A stretch of 64,000 bases of DNA. Origin: Spirochaetia bacterium (lineage in GTDB: Bacteria > Spirochaetota > Spirochaetia > DSM-2461). Both the position numbers and the translations under genes were made by a program. Where the stretch lies: assembly GCA_963666985.2 (NCBI GenBank), contig CAXXIA010000002.1, positions 1,152,001 to 1,216,000 on the forward strand. The letters run 5' to 3'. Of the stretch, positions 58,402 through 64,000 are shown one piece after another (positions within the stretch are counted from its first letter, which is position 1; each line of letters opens with the position of its first letter). The notes below the pieces were generated by a model. That model was given only the letters and a program-made list of their open reading frames with translations. It did not search any database and was not told where the DNA came from.

Positions 58402-59676
58402 ATGATGAAAACGGAAGACAAAGCCATGAATGTCGACGGAATCAAGGAATTAGGATTCCCTATGTGGCCGCAATTCGCCGAAAAAACCCTTCAAGACATC
58501 CAGGAACCCATAAAAACGGGTCTGGTGAATTATTGGACCGGGAAAAAGGGTATGGAATTCGAAAAGGCATTCGCCGAATGGGAAGGATCGGCCTTCGCCG
58601 TCTCCTGTACAAACGGTACGGCGGCCCTGCATACGGCCCTCGCTGCACTGAACATCGGCCCGGGTGATGAAGTCATCGTTCCCTCCTATTCATTCATCGC
58701 CTCCTCTTTCGCCATCGTTCAGGCGGGAGCCATCCCGGTTTTTGCCGATGTCGGCGCCGATCATACTCTCGATCCGAAGGAAATTGCCGATAAAATCACC
58801 CCCAGAACCAAGGGCATCGTCGTGGTGCATCTGTACGGAATCGTCGCCGACATGGATCCGATTCTGAAAATCGCCCGAACTCACAATCTGAAAGTCATCG
58901 AAGACTGCGCCCAGGCTTTCGGCGGCGTCTATAAAGGAAATAAGACAGGCGTTCTCGGTGATGTCGGCTGTTTCAGCTTTTGCCAGAGCAAGCATTTCAC
59001 CACTGGCGGCGAAGGCGGCATGATCGTTACCAACAACGAAGATTTGGCCTGGGAATGCCGATCGTTCCGCGATCACGGATACGACGTGAAGGAACGGCTG
59101 AATCTTTTAGCCATGGAAGAAAAACTGCCCTACATTCATCTCCGTGTCGGATTCAATTACCGAATGACGGAAATCCAATCAATCATCGGTCTGAACGAAC
59201 TGGCCAGATTCGATAACTGGAACCTGAAGAAACGGCGCGAGTACGCCGCCATGTATGACGCGGCCTTCAAAGGACTGAAAGGGATTCGCGCCTTACCGGT
59301 AAACACCGAAGAACGCCGAAACTCTTACTGGTGGTATCCGTTCCAGCTGGAAACCGGCGACATCGATTTGGATGCCAAAGGCTTCTGCAAGGAACTGATG
59401 GCCCGAAAAATCCCCTGCTACGGGATTCAATGGCCCGAAGCTTATGAAGAAAAAGCCTATGTCGAACAGAACGGTTTCGGCTCCGCTAAATTCCCCTTCC
59501 GGTCCGCCGAATACGGGAATCCGGATTCCCTTGATTACACGAAAGTTCTCTGCCCCACGGCACGAAGCCTCAGAGAGGTTACCGTCAGTCTCTTTCTTCA
59601 TCCGACATGGGAACCGGTTCACATTCGGGCCTGCATCGACGGAGTGAAAGCCGTTCTAAGCGAACATTATAAATAA
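58402..59676 (+). CDS. DegT/DnrJ/EryC1/StrS family sugar aminotransferase
   Basis: NGTAAL, GDEVIVP, VHLYG, IEDCAQA, FSF..SKH.TTGGEGG, GFNYRM. Confidence 0.93.
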   Translation: MMKTEDKAMNVDGIKELGFPMWPQFAEKTLQDIQEPIKTGLVNYWTGKKGMEFEKAFAEWEGSAFAVSCTNGTAALHTALAALNIGPGDEVIVPSYSFIASSFAIVQAGAIPVFADVGADHTLDPKEIADKITPRTKGIVVVHLYGIVADMDPILKIARTHNLKVIEDCAQAFGGVYKGNKTGVLGDVGCFSFCQSKHFTTGGEGGMIVTNNEDLAWECRSFRDHGYDVKERLNLLAMEEKLPYIHLRVGFNYRMTEIQSIIGLNELARFDNWNLKKRREYAAMYDAAFKGLKGIRALPVNTEERRNSYWWYPFQLETGDIDLDAKGFCKELMARKIPCYGIQWPEAYEEKAYVEQNGFGSAKFPFRSAEYGNPDSLDYTKVLCPTARSLREVTVSLFLHPTWEPVHIRACIDGVKAVLSEHYK

Positions 59677-60764
59677 TGAGTATTGAGATGAAAAACGACC
59701 CTGTAAATTACGGACTGATCGGATTCGGCGGTATCGCTGAAAACCGTATCGCCAAAGAAGGCTTTGCTCTGGATCGAACCAGATTTAACGAAGCCGTTCC
59801 CATGCGGCTTGTCGCGGCAACCGATATCAACCCCAAACGTAAGGAAGCCGCCGAAGCTCTTGGGATTCGCTGGTTTGATTCCGTTGAGTCCCTTTTGGCC
59901 TCGGAACGGGTGGAAGCGGTCTTTATCGCAACCTCCAACTCATCCCACGGCGGCATCGCGCAGAGAGCTCTCGAAGCGGGAAAACACGTCATGATCGAGA
60001 AACCCCTTGCGACCGACTTGGAAGAAGGCCGAAAGCTGACGGCTCTGGCCGGCGAGAAGAAACTCAGTATCTGCGTGGACCATATGATGACCCAAAACGC
60101 CTATAACATCCGCTGCCGAGAGATTATCGCTTCGGGGGAATTGGGGGCTTTTGATCACATTGTTCTTCATATGGAATTTCTCTATGGAGCCGCACCTGAA
60201 GAGAAAGCAAGCTGGCGCTGCTCCAAACCCGAAGAATTCGGGGGGCCGATAGGTGATGTGGGAACCCATTGTCTTTACATGGCCGAATTTCTTCTGGACG
60301 ATCGAATCACATCCCTTTCCTGTACCTATACCCCGCCCACTTTGGACATCGCCGTTGAGAGCGGAGCGATTATCCGATTCTCCACCGCCGCGGGGAAAAA
60401 CGGAACGGCTCGGGTGGCGTTTGATCAAAACCGCGGAGGATTGTCGAGTACGCTATCGGACCTGGGATACGAAGTCTACGGAAGCGAAGGATGTCTTCGA
60501 ACCAGGGGAACACTCTTCCAGCTTTCCGGCCATCCGGACGAACCGATTCGGCAAAGCATCGAACAGGTCATCGGAAATACGACGAAATTTCTCTCCCTGA
60601 ATGATGTCGACAATATCTACCAGGCTCAGATTGCCCGTCATGCCCGTTCCGTCAGAAGCGGGAATCGGCTGGACGGATCGGAAGCTCTGCACAACTTGGA
60701 AATGGTTTTCGCCTGCCATGAATCGGCGAGAAAGGGCGGGATCTCCCGTTCCATAGAAACATAA
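59676..60764 (+). CDS. Gfo/Idh/MocA family oxidoreductase
   Basis: GLIGFGGIA, IEKP, SWR...GGP..DVG.H. Confidence 0.9.
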   Translation: MSIEMKNDPVNYGLIGFGGIAENRIAKEGFALDRTRFNEAVPMRLVAATDINPKRKEAAEALGIRWFDSVESLLASERVEAVFIATSNSSHGGIAQRALEAGKHVMIEKPLATDLEEGRKLTALAGEKKLSICVDHMMTQNAYNIRCREIIASGELGAFDHIVLHMEFLYGAAPEEKASWRCSKPEEFGGPIGDVGTHCLYMAEFLLDDRITSLSCTYTPPTLDIAVESGAIIRFSTAAGKNGTARVAFDQNRGGLSSTLSDLGYEVYGSEGCLRTRGTLFQLSGHPDEPIRQSIEQVIGNTTKFLSLNDVDNIYQAQIARHARSVRSGNRLDGSEALHNLEMVFACHESARKGGISRSIET

Positions 60765-60777
60765 AAGAAGGAACGCT

Positions 60778-61554
60778 ATGTCTAAAAAAGAATGGACGGC
60801 GATGGCCATCGGGTGCCATCCCGACGATATTGAATTCATGATGTCCGGTACTCTTTTTCTCCTAAGGGAACAGGGAGTCCGGCTTCATTACATGAACCTG
60901 GCGAACGGATCCTGCGGAACACAGGAATACGGCACCGAAGAAATCATTCAAATCCGCGGGCAAGAAGCGCAAACGGCGGCGGCCTTCCTCGGCGCCGAAT
61001 ATTATCCGCCGATCGCTCCGGATCTTGAAGTCGTATACGATATAGACTTAGTTCGCCGAACGGCCGCCGCAATCAGGAAAGCGAATCCGGACATCCTGCT
61101 GATTCCCTCGCTGTATGACTATATGGAAGACCATATGTTCACGGCGCGCATCGCCATAACCGCCGCCTTCTCCAAAGGAATGCCCAATTTCACCACAATT
61201 CCGGAAACACCTATCGCCGGCGGAGAAATCGCCCTTTACCATGCCCTTCCCTACGGGCTGAAAGACGCCTACCGCAAACCGGTGGAACCTGATTTCATTA
61301 CGGATATCAGCGGAGTAATCCAGGAAAAAGCGACCATGCTCTCCATGCATCAGTCTCAAAGAAACTGGCTGGATGAAAGCCAGAAACTCGATTCCTATGT
61401 TGAAACCATGCGAACAATGTCCGCGGAAGTGGGCCGAAAGACCGGACGCGCCGCCTTCGGCGAAGGCTGGATTCGCCATAATCCATTGGGATATTCCGAT
61501 CCTTCATTTACGCCTCTGGAAAACATCCTCGACGAGGTTATCCATAAGCCGTGA
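60778..61554 (+). CDS. PIG-L/LmbE family de-N-acetylase
   Basis: HPDDIE, R..E...AA..LG, DY..DH, DIS..I..K...L..H.SQ. Confidence 0.9.
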   Translation: MSKKEWTAMAIGCHPDDIEFMMSGTLFLLREQGVRLHYMNLANGSCGTQEYGTEEIIQIRGQEAQTAAAFLGAEYYPPIAPDLEVVYDIDLVRRTAAAIRKANPDILLIPSLYDYMEDHMFTARIAITAAFSKGMPNFTTIPETPIAGGEIALYHALPYGLKDAYRKPVEPDFITDISGVIQEKATMLSMHQSQRNWLDESQKLDSYVETMRTMSAEVGRKTGRAAFGEGWIRHNPLGYSDPSFTPLENILDEVIHKP

Positions 61555-62261
61555 GACCCCCGAAGTTTCTGAAAATCCCCGAACTCGATACGGAAGTCTC
61601 CTTTCTCACCGAAAGCCCAAAGAGTCTCTCGGCCCTCCTGAAAAGCGGCGGCGCCGAAGAACGAATCGACGTTATCTCCTGGGCGGACTATCCCGAACGC
61701 CCTTCCGTCGATTTTCAAATCGGCTGGATGAGAAACCTTCTTGTCCTTATGTTTTCCGTCCGGGAGAGGGAAATTCTCGGAACTCATCTTAACGATGGAG
61801 AGAGCGTCTATCAGGACAGCTGTGTCGAGTTCTTCTTCTCGCCGGAAGGAACGGATTATTACTACAATTTTGAATTCAGCTGCCTGGGGACCGCCTTGGC
61901 CTGCGTGGGCCCCGATCGGCGGAATCGGGAATCCATCGGTTCCGAAGCGCTGAATTCCATCAGGCGTTTTCCGTCTCTGGATCGCCGTCCCATTCATCGC
62001 TTCAATAAGGGAAATCCCGAAACACCGCTTTCCTGGTCTCTGACCGTCGTTATCCCCGCCTCCGCATTCGTTCGGGACTCCATTACGGACTTTAAGGAGT
62101 TAAACGGCAGAGCAAACTTTTACAAATGCGGAGACAATCTGGAAAGACCGCATTATCTGAGCTGGAATCCTATCGATACGCCCGCTCCGGATTATCACAG
62201 ACCCGAATACTTCGGCCGAATATCCTTTCAAACCGGCCAATCCCGGCATCCAATTCCATGA
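61551..62261 (+). CDS. Carbohydrate-binding family 9-like (DOMON-like) protein
   Basis: VYQDSCVEFF.P, YYNFE, ANFYKCGD...PHYLSW, P.YH.PE.FG. Confidence 0.82.
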   Translation: MRPPKFLKIPELDTEVSFLTESPKSLSALLKSGGAEERIDVISWADYPERPSVDFQIGWMRNLLVLMFSVREREILGTHLNDGESVYQDSCVEFFFSPEGTDYYYNFEFSCLGTALACVGPDRRNRESIGSEALNSIRRFPSLDRRPIHRFNKGNPETPLSWSLTVVIPASAFVRDSITDFKELNGRANFYKCGDNLERPHYLSWNPIDTPAPDYHRPEYFGRISFQTGQSRHPIP

Positions 62262-62369
62262 AGATGAAGCCGCAGATAATCTTGGCCGATAGTTATGGAC
62301 TGATTCCGAAAAATATTCAACAAAAGGCCTTTCGAAAAAGAGATTCAAATCTTCCCGTTAATCGGATTT

Positions 62370-63992
62370 TTAAGGAAGCACCGACACCCCTGAATACGGA
62401 CGAATCCCCTTGGCCGTCGACAGTTTCTGGTTTGGGATTGTAATACTGAAGGAAGAACCCTTCTCCGCTGCAGAACAGCATTCAATTCTTCCTTTCAGAT
62501 ACTTATCCACGAGATTGTAAACGATATATAATCCCAGTCCCGGCCTGCCTCTTCCTCGGTCCGTTGTATAAAACGGCTCGAATATCCGTTTGCACACCTG
62601 TGCGTCCATTCCTGTGCCGTTATCTCGAAACCTCAGAAAGGCCGTCTCTTTCCCTTTTTGTTCCACTTCAATTGATATCTTACCTTCGCCCCAATTATGG
62701 AAGCCATGGACAAGGGTGTTATCGATAAGCCGGGAAAGAACCTGCAACAAGATTCCCGGATACGTCGTTATGGAAACGGACTCATCTCCACCAATATCTA
62801 GAGTGCAATTGGCATCTTCAAGGCGAGTACGGAAAATCTCCACTGATTCCCTGGTATACTTTAGAAGATTGATTTGACAAAGAATGTCATCCGCTTCTTC
62901 TAAAGAAATCAATCGAAGACTCTTAATTAAATCTCCAATACGAACAAGGCTCGTCATCGACAATTTTTCCATTTCCAAAGCATGTACTATTGATTTGCGA
63001 TAATCATCGATGGAAGCCTCCGGATTATCCAAACAGCTCTCCAATTCATTCCGTATGGAACTCAGTCCGGTAATGCCGATACCAAGTGGCGTATTAAACT
63101 CATGGGCGATACCGACGATAAGCGTTGATAAAGATGCCGATTTTTCAGACTCAATCAACTGCCTCTGCGTTGTTTCCAAATCCGATATGGAAGCCTTGAG
63201 CTCTCCTGTACGCTCCTCGACGATCTTCTCCAGGGATTCGTTGAGATTTTTCAGCTTCGCCTCGGCAAGCTGTCTTTGTTTGTTCTCCTCCGCCAACTCG
63301 GAAATCCGATCTTCTACGGCATGCCTCATCTCATTAAAGGATTTTGCAAGAAGACCTATCTCATCCGATTGACGGATGCTGATGGGATAATCCAAATCCC
63401 CGCCCGCGACCGCGATGGAAGCCGCGGTTAAACGCTTCAGCGGAAGAACGATCCTGAAGATTACAAGCGAAAAAATCAACAGGGAAAAGAGAGGAATAAC
63501 AATGATCGTGGGAAGAAGGTTATGCCTTAAATACTTAACCCTCTCAATTCGATGTTCATAGGGAATACGGAAGCCCACGGTTACGTCCCACTGGGGAAAT
63601 TTCTGATAAACAAACCAATAACGTGTTCCCGTTGATGCTGTGTAATTCAACTCACCTTGATTCGCCGAAGGAAGCAGCGTAAAGACTTCCGAATCACCAT
63701 TTCCCATGAGAAGATTTCCGGAATCATCCAGCACAACCATTATTCTGGATGCTATCGAATTTGTAATCCAAGCTTTTAATGCATTATCTCGAACTTCATC
63801 AGAAAGAGGCTGTCCGTCTTTTTCGAGTGAAGAAAGATGACAAGAAATTCCGTCCAAAAGCGTTGTATGAACTTTCAGCTGACTTTTAAAAACAAGAGCT
63901 TCAAAACGATTCAGGGTGATGAAAAGATTAATCAAAGTCGTTGCGACAAAAATCGCGATGATAATGAGAAAAAATTTTGTCGCCAAAGTCAT
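62370..63992 (-). CDS. HAMP-domain sensor histidine kinase
   Basis: 2 TM + HAMP (DEIG.LA.SFN.M), AHE.NTPLG H-box, DNG.GM, IFEPF.TT, GLGL. Confidence 0.92.
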   Translation of the reverse strand: MTLATKFFLIIIAIFVATTLINLFITLNRFEALVFKSQLKVHTTLLDGISCHLSSLEKDGQPLSDEVRDNALKAWITNSIASRIMVVLDDSGNLLMGNGDSEVFTLLPSANQGELNYTASTGTRYWFVYQKFPQWDVTVGFRIPYEHRIERVKYLRHNLLPTIIVIPLFSLLIFSLVIFRIVLPLKRLTAASIAVAGGDLDYPISIRQSDEIGLLAKSFNEMRHAVEDRISELAEENKQRQLAEAKLKNLNESLEKIVEERTGELKASISDLETTQRQLIESEKSASLSTLIVGIAHEFNTPLGIGITGLSSIRNELESCLDNPEASIDDYRKSIVHALEMEKLSMTSLVRIGDLIKSLRLISLEEADDILCQINLLKYTRESVEIFRTRLEDANCTLDIGGDESVSITTYPGILLQVLSRLIDNTLVHGFHNWGEGKISIEVEQKGKETAFLRFRDNGTGMDAQVCKRIFEPFYTTDRGRGRPGLGLYIVYNLVDKYLKGRIECCSAAEKGSSFSITIPNQKLSTAKGIRPYSGVSVLP

Positions 63993-64000
63993 ATGGGCCG

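Noticed and set aside
58402..60764. DegT + Gfo/Idh/MocA as an O-antigen or antibiotic biosynthesis cluster
   Set aside because: No nucleotidyltransferase, glycosyltransferase, flippase or exporter; the context is importer, deacylases and a ROK repressor
62370..63992. Histidine kinase as a horizontally acquired orphan
   Set aside because: Looks AT-richer by eye, but it is at the window edge, so partner genes and mobility signals cannot be assessed
1..64000. tRNA, rRNA, riboswitch, prophage, integrase, transposase or defence systems
   Set aside because: No supporting motifs seen by eye; tRNAscan and Rfam searches would be needed to exclude small RNAs formally

Overview
A gene-dense 64 kb bacterial chromosomal segment. 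It is most likely from a free-living anaerobic Spirochaetia member, an inference from solute-binding-protein signal peptides of the '...FAGG' type and from the gene content. I see about 60 CDSs and no rRNA, tRNA, CRISPR array, integrase or transposase. In order, the window holds: the end of a TRAP transporter; a PerR/Fur - DPS-like - cytochrome b5 oxidative-stress module; an SDR-TetR cassette bracketed by a 56-bp direct repeat; MocR/LysE/DUF2917-like genes; two Gfo/Idh/MocA genes; assorted singletons, including an uncharacterised ~500-aa exported protein and a DUF1007-RcnA-like fusion; lipid-modification genes; GTP-type PEP carboxykinase; a Liv-type ABC + phenylacetate-CoA ligase + TetR operon with a PaaR-like palindrome; a MacAB-like exporter; and an Fbp/Afu-type ABC with a metallophosphoesterase, GntR and HAD. 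The last block is a ~12.7 kb divergent ROK-controlled locus (49573-62261): a sugar ABC importer, two Gfo/Idh/MocA enzymes, a TIM-barrel isomerase, a NagB-like protein, a ceramidase-like amidohydrolase, a DegT aminotransferase, a PIG-L deacetylase and a CBM9-like protein. This locus is the best candidate for an undescribed system, a catabolic route for an N-acylated (di)amino sugar. Other sequence-level signals are several apparently leaderless genes, two single-base frameshifts (possibly assembly errors) and a dispersed palindromic non-coding repeat. All product calls come from motif recognition by eye; no database search was run.
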